Assembly: GCA_019058295.1 (NCBI GenBank)
Contig: JAHPZI010000020.1
Coordinates: 1-42,621, forward strand
DNA from: Promethearchaeota archaeon
GTDB lineage: Archaea; Asgardarchaeota; Lokiarchaeia; Sigyniarchaeales; SOKP01
Reading direction: 5' to 3'
Length of the DNA: 42,621 nt
The notes beneath the pieces are model-generated. The model had not been told where the DNA came from. It ran no database searches and worked only from the letters and a program-made list of their open reading frames with translations. Numbering within the stretch: position 1 is the stretch's first letter; every line of letters starts with the position of its first letter. Positions 18,750 to 27,872 of the stretch are shown one piece after another. The translations under genes were made by a program, and so were the position numbers.

Positions 18750-20111
18750 ATGGAAAAAAGTTCTGAACAAGATTTAAATCGAAATTTTAGAGCGATTTTT
18801 TTGCTATATATGGCTTTTTTCAACTGCAATCAAATATTATCTGTCAATATTGGAAATTTATTGCTTTACCTTCCAGACAGTACGGCATCCGGAATTGCGT
18901 TGCTTGTGGCCTTTACACTTCTCGTTCAAATTGCAAGTTTATTATTTTTTGGATATTATATTAGTAACTTTACTGAGAAATACTCAAGAAAAAAAATATT
19001 CCTTATTTCTAATAGTCTAATATGCATTTTTTTTTTTATGCTTGCATTTTCAATTAACTTTGTAATGTTCTTCATATTTTATCTTATAGCAAATATTGGT
19101 AATGGCGCGTTTCTTCCAATTGGATTTGCTATAATTGGTGATTCTTTCCCTCCAAAGGAAAGAGGTAATAAATTTGGGCTTATGAATCTTGCTTTATTAC
19201 TAGGAGCAGGGGGTGGAATCATTTTTGGAGGATTAATTGGAAGTCTAGGTGGTCCTATTGGATGGCGCATCGCATATTGTTTTGCTGCTTTTTTAGTGTT
19301 AACAGCAATAATCAGATATAATCAATGGGGGATCGAAGTTAGTAAAGGTCAATCTGAACCAGAATTTAATGATCTCAAAGCTGATAATCAAAATTATGGT
19401 TATAGAATTACCTTTTCTAATTTTAGTCAAATTTTAAAACGGAAATCTGTCATTGGAATATATATTCTAGTCATTCTTACTGCCATAACGACGACAACGA
19501 TGGGAACTTGGGCAATTTATTATATTAGCATGAAAATCGATAGTCCTTTTGCTACTTTTATTGCTTCAACGCTTCTTATTTTAACTGGGCTAGGTGGACT
19601 CTTTGGGACTATTTTTGGAGGGAAAATAGGGGACTCATTATCTCAAAAGGGAAAAGTAAGGGGTCGAGTAGTTATTTCTTTGTTTGCTACTCTCTTAGCA
19701 ATCATCTGTAGCATGATTTATTATTTATTTCTCCCTTTCAATGTAAACATATTCATTTTTTCTTTTATGCTTTTCTTCATTGTTGGATTTTTTGCAATGT
19801 TTCTTGCTTCAGTACCCGTTGGAAACATATATGCAATATATTCAGAAGTCTGTGTTCCTGAGAATCGAGGGTTAGCCAATGCGATGAGTGGTTTGATGGC
19901 AAAAGCTGGGGGTGTTATAGGGAATTTAATAATTTCTGTTTTGATAATAAGCAATATATCAAACTTAACATTAGCAGTGGTATTTCTTTTATCTATTTCT
20001 CTAATGGGCTCCTTTCTATGGTTATTACCCTTTTTTTATTATCCAAAAGAAGCACAAAAATTAAGAGATTTAATGGCTGAGAGAAGAAAAGAGTTAGAAT
20101 TGAGAAAATAA
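18750..20111 (+). CDS. MFS transporter (12 TM)
   Basis: About 12 hydrophobic segments, IIGDSFPPKERG, GWR, GGKIGD and PENRG motifs. Confidence 0.9.
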   Translation: MEKSSEQDLNRNFRAIFLLYMAFFNCNQILSVNIGNLLLYLPDSTASGIALLVAFTLLVQIASLLFFGYYISNFTEKYSRKKIFLISNSLICIFFFMLAFSINFVMFFIFYLIANIGNGAFLPIGFAIIGDSFPPKERGNKFGLMNLALLLGAGGGIIFGGLIGSLGGPIGWRIAYCFAAFLVLTAIIRYNQWGIEVSKGQSEPEFNDLKADNQNYGYRITFSNFSQILKRKSVIGIYILVILTAITTTTMGTWAIYYISMKIDSPFATFIASTLLILTGLGGLFGTIFGGKIGDSLSQKGKVRGRVVISLFATLLAIICSMIYYLFLPFNVNIFIFSFMLFFIVGFFAMFLASVPVGNIYAIYSEVCVPENRGLANAMSGLMAKAGGVIGNLIISVLIISNISNLTLAVVFLLSISLMGSFLWLLPFFYYPKEAQKLRDLMAERRKELELRK

Positions 20112-20119
20112 ATAAACAC

Positions 20120-21238
20120 TTAACATTCTACTTCCATCATTAGTTTTTCATTATACCCTACAATAACTTTGATATAACCTTTTAACATATTATCGATATC
20201 AATGTCTCCTGTATCAACTCTAAGACAATTTAATCCTTTTATCTTATCTTCAGTAGAAACAATTGTTATATTGTTTTTTTCAATCTTTTTAAAAATTTTC
20301 GGTGTAAATTGCTTATTTCCTCGACCAAAAATAAAGCCTTGTCCCCCGATTGGGGATACAATTATTTCTGCTTTAGGATATTTATTTAATAAATCTAAAA
20401 TACCGTTTTCATTAATATCTTTTCCGACAAGCTTGTAATCATAAATTGCATCTATGCCGAGTAAAGAGTTGGTAACTTTAAGCTCATCAGAAATTGCTTT
20501 AACCGTAGTTCCAGGTCCTAATAAATATAACCTATCCTTTTTCATATTTTCAATTATAAATTTGGCAATCTCAGTTTTATTCTCCTCTACTGATTTACCT
20601 GTTTTCGATGTTTGTTTACCAGATTGTAATAAAGTTTCGACTTTTGGAACTTTTAAAAAACCATATAATTTTGAGTCTAAGATTCCATTTCTAAAAGAAT
20701 CTTCGTTAATATCAAGAACTTCTTTTTCTAAAGTCTCTGTTCCATTTATAAAAGCATCCAGCATCTCTGCAGCTGACCTTGGATTAATAGCAAACACAGA
20801 GCTAAACATTTTAACTCCTGAAGGTATTGCTATAATGGGAATTTTTAGTTCAATCGCATCATAAATGTCTCTGGCGGTACCATCACCACCGCAAAAAATT
20901 AGTAATTCAACATTCGCTTCTAGCATTGTTTTAGCAATTCTCTTAGTATCTACTGCCGATGTTTCTTCTCCAATTTCTCCTATAACCTCAAACTTTAAAC
21001 CACTATCTTTTACGATATCAGCGCCCATTTTACCAGGCGCAACAAGTAAAGAAAAATTTTCTTTTATATTAGATAAAAATTGTTTCACTCTTTTTTGAGT
21101 AATTGGTTTTGCTCCTAATCTCAGAGCATCTTTATAGATTTGTCCATCAGTTCCTTTTAGACCAACGCTACCTCCCATCCCAGCAATAGGGTTAATAATC
21201 AGCCCAATTTTTTTCCTATTTTTATTGTTAATTTCAAT
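20120..21238 (-). CDS. ATP-NAD kinase-like family protein; true start lies upstream of the tracked ATG (possibly ATT)
   Basis: GGDGTARD, GVKMFS, GPGTT and GGQGFIFGRGNKQ. The frame continues upstream as IEINNKNRKKIGLIINPIAG-MGG. Confidence 0.82.
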   Translation of the reverse strand: MEINNKNRKKIGLIINPIAGMGGSVGLKGTDGQIYKDALRLGAKPITQKRVKQFLSNIKENFSLLVAPGKMGADIVKDSGLKFEVIGEIGEETSAVDTKRIAKTMLEANVELLIFCGGDGTARDIYDAIELKIPIIAIPSGVKMFSSVFAINPRSAAEMLDAFINGTETLEKEVLDINEDSFRNGILDSKLYGFLKVPKVETLLQSGKQTSKTGKSVEENKTEIAKFIIENMKKDRLYLLGPGTTVKAISDELKVTNSLLGIDAIYDYKLVGKDINENGILDLLNKYPKAEIIVSPIGGQGFIFGRGNKQFTPKIFKKIEKNNITIVSTEDKIKGLNCLRVDTGDIDIDNMLKGYIKVIVGYNEKLMMEVEC

Positions 21239-21349
21239 TAACTCTTCTTTTTTTTTGTTTGATAAATTTAAGTAATTTTTTAATTAATAAATTTTTAAAT
21301 TTCAAAACACTATAAATAATTTAAAAAATCAAATATTTGTAAGTTTTAT

Positions 21350-21730
21350 ATGGAATATATTATAATTGAAAACGAAAAAATAGGTCAAATTAAAGCAAAA
21401 TTACTTCTTGAGAAAAATCCTAAAACATGTCAGGCAATCTTGGATAGTCTCCCTTTTGAATTACAATTATCAAGATGGGGTGAAGAGTTATATGGAAGTA
21501 TACCAGTTAAAATTGGTGCCGAAAATTCTCAGACTGAATGTGAAGTTGGTGATGTGGGATATTGGCCAGATGGAAGTGGATTTTGTATTTTTTTTGGAAA
21601 GACTCCAGCAAGTTCAGGCGATAAACCTGTAGCAGCATCCCCTGTTAATATCTTTGCTAAAATTGAAGGTGATTCAAGCATTTTCAAACAATTTTCCTCG
21701 TTCGAAGGAAATGTAAAAAAAGGAGATTGA
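21350..21730 (+). CDS. Cyclophilin-like fold protein (DUF369-type)
   Basis: NPKT...LP, RWGEELY, GDVGYWPDG..FCIFFGKTP and PVN motifs. Confidence 0.85.
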   Translation: MEYIIIENEKIGQIKAKLLLEKNPKTCQAILDSLPFELQLSRWGEELYGSIPVKIGAENSQTECEVGDVGYWPDGSGFCIFFGKTPASSGDKPVAASPVNIFAKIEGDSSIFKQFSSFEGNVKKGD

Positions 21731-21745
21731 AAAAAAATAAAAGAA

Positions 21746-22567
21746 TTAATATTGAACTTCTTTTAAATAATGTGGTTGTACACCCACTTCTGATATACCC
21801 CCATCTACAGGAAAGCAATGTCCAGTAATATAATTTGAAGCTGGGGATGCCAAAAATAAAACGAGATTTACGACATCTTCCACAGTTCCAATTCTGATTA
21901 GAGGAACTTTAGTTTTTCCGTCTCTCATTGTCATTCTCATAGCTTCTTCGTCATTTAAATAGATTCCAGTTAGGTGAAAGCCTGGAGCAATGGAATTTGC
22001 GGTTATTTTTGGGGCTAAAGACTTTGCTAATAATTGAGTAAGGGCAATTACACCCACTTTTGTTATACTATATGCTGGAATTGCTGCATCTACAACCATA
22101 CCTGCAGCAGAGGAAGTATTTATCATTTTTCCTGCTAATTCTTCATTTTCAAATTTCTGAGCCTTCATTTTTCGGCATAATGATTTAGCGACTAACCATT
22201 GTCCCTTAAGATTAACTGCCATTATCTGATCCCAATCGGATTCTTTCACTCTACATATATTTCTTCCATAAGAAACCCCTATTCCAGCATTGTTAAATAA
22301 TACATATACATTATCCAATTCGTTATATGCTTGCTTTACCATTGCTTCTACTTGATCCGATTGAGATACATCGCAGACAATAGGGATTACTTTTTGTCCA
22401 GATACTTGAGCTATTTTTTTTGTTGTTTCTTCTAAAAGGTCTTCATTAATATCTACCAAAACTAAATCCGCCCCTCTCTCTGCAAATGCATATGCTACAC
22501 CTCTTCCAAAACCTGATGCCCCTCCAGTTATTAAGGCATTTTTACCTTCAAGAAATTTTTCAACCAT
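21746..22567 (-). CDS. Short-chain dehydrogenase/reductase (FabG-like SDR)
   Basis: TGGASGFG, NNAGI, YSITK, FLAS...YITG...VDGG. ATG (MVEKF) is preferred as start. Confidence 0.92.
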   Translation of the reverse strand: MVEKFLEGKNALITGGASGFGRGVAYAFAERGADLVLVDINEDLLEETTKKIAQVSGQKVIPIVCDVSQSDQVEAMVKQAYNELDNVYVLFNNAGIGVSYGRNICRVKESDWDQIMAVNLKGQWLVAKSLCRKMKAQKFENEELAGKMINTSSAAGMVVDAAIPAYSITKVGVIALTQLLAKSLAPKITANSIAPGFHLTGIYLNDEEAMRMTMRDGKTKVPLIRIGTVEDVVNLVLFLASPASNYITGHCFPVDGGISEVGVQPHYLKEVQY

Positions 22568-22659
22568 TTTTTCTCTCACAAATCCAATAAAGAGTTTTAA
22601 TTAAAAATATGATTAGTTTCTTAATAAAATTAGATCTAAAATTCAATTTTATTTTTATT

Positions 22660-23400
22660 TCATCCAGAATAGACTAATTTTTTCTTCCAGACAATTACGC
22701 TAATTATTGCGCAAATGATAATAATTCCATAAAATAATACAACATCATAGCCGGGTATCGCTTCTTTTTGTAAAACAATTTCTACAAATACATCGCCATG
22801 GATATCGATATATTCAAGTTTTTCTAAGATTCCATTAGTGCCATAAGTTAATTCTATTTCATATTCAGCTGTTACGACTCCATATTTTGCTATTAACGAG
22901 CTATCGTCTACATAAACAGTAATAACTGGATGATCAAATTCATCTCTAAACTCTTCTATATAATTAATAAAAGGAGTTGGAACTACCCACATATCAGCGA
23001 TTGTACCCATCGGGTCCGCATCAGAAAAAACATCATCTACTTTATCTTCGGGATCTTTGTAAATCTTTTTACTTCTCTCATCATCAGCATCATTGCTAAA
23101 ATCTTCGGTATCATCAGTATAATCCCATAAATAATAAATAATTCTCCAATAATCTGTTTTTTTATCTATATCAGTAATTTGAATTTTTTTGGAATCATCT
23201 TCATCAAAACCCGGTTTTTCAGGGAAAAAAATAGACTCATATGTATCTTGATCTAATTTTTCAACCTTCCATATAAATATATCATTTTCGTTAATATCAA
23301 GAGTGTAATCTGCACCAGCAGCGTTAATAATGAAAAATGCCGAAAAATAATTGAATAAAATTAAAGTTAAAACTAATAGAGAGATTTTTTTTTTTCTCAT
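22660..23400 (-). CDS. Secreted acidic protein with Loki-CTERM-like sorting tail
   Basis: N-terminal signal (MRKKK plus hydrophobic stretch); C-terminal IPGY, TM helix and KKK. Confidence 0.8.
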   Translation of the reverse strand: MRKKKISLLVLTLILFNYFSAFFIINAAGADYTLDINENDIFIWKVEKLDQDTYESIFFPEKPGFDEDDSKKIQITDIDKKTDYWRIIYYLWDYTDDTEDFSNDADDERSKKIYKDPEDKVDDVFSDADPMGTIADMWVVPTPFINYIEEFRDEFDHPVITVYVDDSSLIAKYGVVTAEYEIELTYGTNGILEKLEYIDIHGDVFVEIVLQKEAIPGYDVVLFYGIIIICAIISVIVWKKKLVYSG

Positions 23401-23515
23401 TATTTTTATATCTTTTAAAATTACTATTTTATAATGAATCTACTATATATTAAGAAAAATTATAACAAAAACTTTAATTATTTTATTATTATAAAAAATT
23501 TGAGATGATTAAATA

Positions 23516-25096
23516 GTGGTAGACAAAATAATTCCTTACATGATAAATCTCGGCGAGATTACCCCCACCCGGTCTAAAGCGACTTTTTTAAACGAGATTG
23601 CCATGGCATTGATAGAATGCATTAATAATTATGGTAAAAAGATCAATAAGATGGGTAAAATCGCTCGTATCGCAATGTGTTTTTGGCCCGTAAGACTTAT
23701 CCCATTAAATGACACAAGAGCTTTTGTTTGCAGCTATTTATTAAATAAACAAGAGAAGTTGCTCGTAGGAAGTTTTGCCCAATCTCCCCCTCCCCCCAAT
23801 AATGTAATAAAAGGTGCAGATCCAACCACCTTTTTAACTTCACTTCAATCGTACAATACAACCTATTTGAAAAAGGCTAAAAATTATAAAAGAGCACCAG
23901 TTATCCAAGAAGCGTTATTTACCGCCGCCGAAATCGGTTATTTTAAGAATTTTTTCCTTAATCAATACAATTTAAGTTCATTTAGCGAGCCTTATTTTTT
24001 ATTAGAGGGAGATCCAATTGCTAAAAGTGTAAATAAAATAAATGTCATTCCAGACGTATTCGATTTTGTTGCGCTAAAAGACGTTCAAATGCTTGATAAG
24101 TACGAACAGGATATAATAAATTTGTGTGAAAAATGGATTCAGAAAGGCGATATCGAAGTAGATAAAATAAAAGGAACGAAAGTGGATACAAGCGAAGAAG
24201 AACGGCAACTTGCTCGGTTAAATAGCGAATTAAAAAAGGAAAAAGAGAGAGATTTGAAGAATTCTCCCGAAGACTTAATCAAGAGCGGAAATTACAAAAT
24301 ACCTGATAAAACGGAAGAATTTAATAGTCACATTAACTCGCTTAAAGATGCTGTAAATCGTTTAAAAAATTCGGCAACTCAAAAAGATTTGTCTTTACTT
24401 GATCAAGGCTTGAATGAACTCGAATCGAAATATAAAGATTTTGGAAATGCAATTTCTAGATATAGTACTGAAATCTCACAATTATATAAGAATCTAAATC
24501 GTGAGTCAAGAGATATTGAAAGAGCGCAACAGAAAAAAATTGCAGACTTGGAGAGCAGAATTGCCGAAGTTCAAAAGCAGATTGATGAAAAGCATAGAGA
24601 TCTTGGTTCAGACATAACCTCAGCTGAAGATATTGTTCTACGTATAAAAAATGAAAAACAATCTTGTTTAGACAATATTGAATCAATAAAAGATACAGAC
24701 CTTACAAATCTACAAAGTTTTTTTAGCTCTTATACTCTCGAAATGAAAACAGAAAATATTGTTGTTGGAATCCCGATTTTCATTTTTTTCTTTGTAAATC
24801 GAAATACAAATAAAACCATCGAGAGAGCGCCAGTCCTCCCAATTCTGATTGATAAAAAAATTCAGAAAACTAAGGTAACAGAGAGTTTTAGAAAAGAACT
24901 AGCAAATTTAATGAATAAATTTCCGCCTATGGTGAACTTGATAGAAAAAGAGGGTGAGAAATCTAATCTCATGGAAGCTATAAAGAATTTTGACACAGCG
25001 ATAGAAGATAGTATAAACGAGCTGAGAATGAATAAGATCTTGGGGAAGAAAGAAGCTGAAAAGGCTAAGGATATTATAGCAAATCTGGTTTGGTAA
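23516..25096 (+). CDS. Hypothetical protein with long central coiled coil
   Basis: 526-aa ORF; residues about 190-400 are heptad-like and E/K/L-rich, flanked by globular regions. Confidence 0.75.
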   Translation: MVDKIIPYMINLGEITPTRSKATFLNEIAMALIECINNYGKKINKMGKIARIAMCFWPVRLIPLNDTRAFVCSYLLNKQEKLLVGSFAQSPPPPNNVIKGADPTTFLTSLQSYNTTYLKKAKNYKRAPVIQEALFTAAEIGYFKNFFLNQYNLSSFSEPYFLLEGDPIAKSVNKINVIPDVFDFVALKDVQMLDKYEQDIINLCEKWIQKGDIEVDKIKGTKVDTSEEERQLARLNSELKKEKERDLKNSPEDLIKSGNYKIPDKTEEFNSHINSLKDAVNRLKNSATQKDLSLLDQGLNELESKYKDFGNAISRYSTEISQLYKNLNRESRDIERAQQKKIADLESRIAEVQKQIDEKHRDLGSDITSAEDIVLRIKNEKQSCLDNIESIKDTDLTNLQSFFSSYTLEMKTENIVVGIPIFIFFFVNRNTNKTIERAPVLPILIDKKIQKTKVTESFRKELANLMNKFPPMVNLIEKEGEKSNLMEAIKNFDTAIEDSINELRMNKILGKKEAEKAKDIIANLVW

Positions 25097-25127
25097 ATTT
25101 AATTATAAGATTTTTTTTAATTTTTTA

Positions 25128-25298
25128 CTAACCTAAATAAGTCATTACTTTCCCACAACATTCTGGTTTTTCACTATATCCACATTTTTCACAGCAACAT
25201 AAAAGATTATCTTGCACGATCATCGATTGATCACAACATGTAGGTATTTCTTTTTCTTGACCACAAATTTCACAAACTAATTTAGGAATTTTTTTCAC
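25128..25298 (-). CDS. Small Cys-rich metal-binding protein (two CxxC-x8-CC-x3-M units), absent from the ORF track
   Basis: Manual translation: (V)KKIPKLVCEICGQEKEIPTCCDQSMIVQDNLLCCCEKCGYSEKPECCGKVMTYLG*; 10 Cys in 56 aa. Confidence 0.85.
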   Translation of the reverse strand: MKKIPKLVCEICGQEKEIPTCCDQSMIVQDNLLCCCEKCGYSEKPECCGKVMTYLG

Positions 25299-25438
25299 CT
25301 TTCTTAATCACTCTATTATTATGTATTAAAAGAAAGTTTATGAACTAAAATCCTAGTTTTATAGAATATAATTTACAAGGATTTTTCATTTTCTTATCAA
25401 AAGTAAAAATAAAGAATCTTTTTCTAATTATTATATTT

Positions 25439-26233
25439 CTATTCTTTAAACTCAAATCTTGCACAATTTGACATTTCTAAAAAACAATCATGCACAACAT
25501 TAACACGTTTATGCCATTCTTCTGCTGATTGAAATTGCGTCTTCCATTTTTCAAACCCAATTTCATCAATCTCAATTTTAAATCTATCAGGTGTTTCCCA
25601 TTCATGGCCTTCCACTTCTATATAACTTTTTGAATTAGCGAAGTTCCAGAAATAAATAGGCCAAGAACCATAGAAACCAGTTGTAGTGAAATTATTAATC
25701 TTAAGTATTTTTTCTCCTAAATCTTTTGAAAAAATATAACAAACAGAAATAAGATCCTTAGTATCTTCAAATCCTAATATTTTAGAACCGAATTCATTTA
25801 CAATTCGCTCCGTTCTTCTCTGGGTTGGAGGATGCGTATTAAAAGCGCGTTTTGTACGTCCTATGTGTAGATATTCCACATTTATATTGTTTTGGAGAAT
25901 ATTCGTAAGCTCCTCGGGATATGTATTAATCCAATGAACTAGACGATCAAAATCTATATGAAAAATCCTTTGGGAAATTGAATCAATATTATCTAAGGTT
26001 GTTCTCAATGCTGTTCTATATGTATCAATATTTCTTTCACTTGGTTCTACTATAACAATAAATCCTTTATTTCTTAAAAAAGTAAGAACTTCATTCGGTG
26101 TATAAGGAGTTAGGCAAATAATTCCTTTAACAAATAGTTCTTTTATTTTAGGTAGAGCTGACTCTATTAAATCTTTAAGTCTGAATTCTGGATCATGATA
26201 AGTAGCACATAAGAGATATTCTATTTTTCCCAT
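25439..26233 (-). CDS. Hypothetical protein, possibly GT-A/nucleotide-diphospho-sugar transferase-like
   Basis: DxD-like HIDFDR after a beta strand, plus TYHDP and EWETPD. Overlaps the upstream gene by 13 nt. Confidence 0.55.
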   Translation of the reverse strand: MGKIEYLLCATYHDPEFRLKDLIESALPKIKELFVKGIICLTPYTPNEVLTFLRNKGFIVIVEPSERNIDTYRTALRTTLDNIDSISQRIFHIDFDRLVHWINTYPEELTNILQNNINVEYLHIGRTKRAFNTHPPTQRRTERIVNEFGSKILGFEDTKDLISVCYIFSKDLGEKILKINNFTTTGFYGSWPIYFWNFANSKSYIEVEGHEWETPDRFKIEIDEIGFEKWKTQFQSAEEWHKRVNVVHDCFLEMSNCARFEFKE

Positions 26234-26466
26234 GACTTCATAATAACGTGTGTATTAGTTTTCACTATTCCCTCAATTGGATCAATTTTTTTTGCAAAAG
26301 CTTCATATAACTCATCTGATGTTTCAACTTCTATTTCAGCCAAAACATCATAATCTCCCGTCAGTGAAAATACTTTCTTAATCTCGGGTATCTTTTTAAA
26401 TTCCTCAAGGACTTTTACCATTGCGTTATGATATACTTGACAGAAAATTATTGCTTTTATAGTCAT
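26221..26466 (-). CDS. Stand-alone Lrp/AsnC ligand-binding (RAM) domain protein
   Basis: IPEIKKVFSLTGDYDVLAEIE...KIDPIEGIVKTNTHVI; no HTH. Confidence 0.9.
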   Translation of the reverse strand: MTIKAIIFCQVYHNAMVKVLEEFKKIPEIKKVFSLTGDYDVLAEIEVETSDELYEAFAKKIDPIEGIVKTNTHVIMKSWEK

Positions 26467-26490
26467 ATTAAGTGCTTTCTAATTTGATTA

Positions 26491-27798
26491 CTAGGAGGTA
26501 ATTTTAATAATTTTATTTATAAAAAGAATTTTTATATTTTCAATTTCCTTTAATTTTCTTATTTTATCATCCACTAAATAGCGAAATTCTCTAAATGAAT
26601 TTGTTCGGATATATACTAGGATATCGTGTGTTCCTATTAAGGATTGAATCGAAAATACACCACTAAATTTTAATATTTTTAAACTCAATCCTTTTAATGC
26701 CCCCGTTTTCTTGCTCAATAATAAATAGGCATTGACTTTATTTGTGGATTCATGTATGTAGCGTAGTAATATTGTGATAATTAATAAAAATAAGACTATA
26801 ACTAAAAATTCAATTGGAAAAGAATCAACCCCAAAAAGTACTCCAAAAAAGATTCCTCCAATTGGTTCAATAATTGTTAGTATACAATTCCACTGTCTAT
26901 AAGTTAAATTATAAGGGCTCCACTTTGCATACGCGATAAATATTAAAAGATAAGGAAATATAGTTGAGCCAAAGATTAAGAATAAAATCTCCCAACGTAA
27001 CAAAATCTGAGATATATTTGAGAAATCACTATAAAATTGTCCAATCTCAGAAGTTAAATCTGTGTGAACAGGAATTAAATATATAATGAAAATAAATGGA
27101 ATCATTAAGATAATTCCCATAAAAAAAGTAAATGAGATTTTTATTAACAACCTTGGAACTTTATAAAGTTCATTTTTATTTATCAATTGTATTTCATCTT
27201 TCGAATAAGAATCTTTATCAATTGTTATCTGGAAAAATGTTAGACACAGAGTAAATATAATGATATAAAAAAAACCTACAAGAGAAAATTGAGCACTTTC
27301 TTGAGATTTAACTAAGATAATTATTCCAATCGAAAAAACTAAAATTATTATGTAAAGCCCCTTAAATTTATCTAATTTTTCAGATTGAGCTCCATGTTCA
27401 TAAATCGCAACAAAAATTATTGCAATCTGAAAACCAATCATAGTTAATGAAATCGAACTTATTTTCAAAGCTAAAAAGAAAAAAATAAGCTGTAAGATAA
27501 TCCCGAAAAAACCTAAAATAGCAAAGTAATAGAGGTATCTTAATTTAAAGAAACTCTCATTCGTGGAATAAATAAATTTAAATAGATCTTTTAGTCTTAA
27601 TGGCTGGTTTGAAGAATATTTATTATTAATATAAGCAATTAAAACTGCAATAATCATTAATATTATTCCAGAAACAAAAAATCGAAGAAATATTATTGTT
27701 ATTATAGAAATTTCATTAAATAATCCAAATACTATTACAGGAATAAGACTCCAGAGAATATTTGCAATTATGATGTAAAAAATATTTTTATTCTGCAT
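26491..27798 (-). CDS. EamA/DMT-superfamily transporter fused to a C-terminal Lrp/AsnC RAM domain
   Basis: About 10 TM segments with ANILWS, IIFLRF and IIEPIGG. The C-terminal 80 aa contain FSGVFSIQSLIGTHDILVYIR...KIRKLKEIENI. Confidence 0.8.
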   Translation of the reverse strand: MQNKNIFYIIIANILWSLIPVIVFGLFNEISIITIIFLRFFVSGIILMIIAVLIAYINNKYSSNQPLRLKDLFKFIYSTNESFFKLRYLYYFAILGFFGIILQLIFFFLALKISSISLTMIGFQIAIIFVAIYEHGAQSEKLDKFKGLYIIILVFSIGIIILVKSQESAQFSLVGFFYIIIFTLCLTFFQITIDKDSYSKDEIQLINKNELYKVPRLLIKISFTFFMGIILMIPFIFIIYLIPVHTDLTSEIGQFYSDFSNISQILLRWEILFLIFGSTIFPYLLIFIAYAKWSPYNLTYRQWNCILTIIEPIGGIFFGVLFGVDSFPIEFLVIVLFLLIITILLRYIHESTNKVNAYLLLSKKTGALKGLSLKILKFSGVFSIQSLIGTHDILVYIRTNSFREFRYLVDDKIRKLKEIENIKILFINKIIKITS

Positions 27799-27872
27799 TA
27801 TTTTAATTTTAATTATTTAGAATCTTATAATATGATATTTATAATAAAAAAATTATTAGAAATTTTTCTGAT

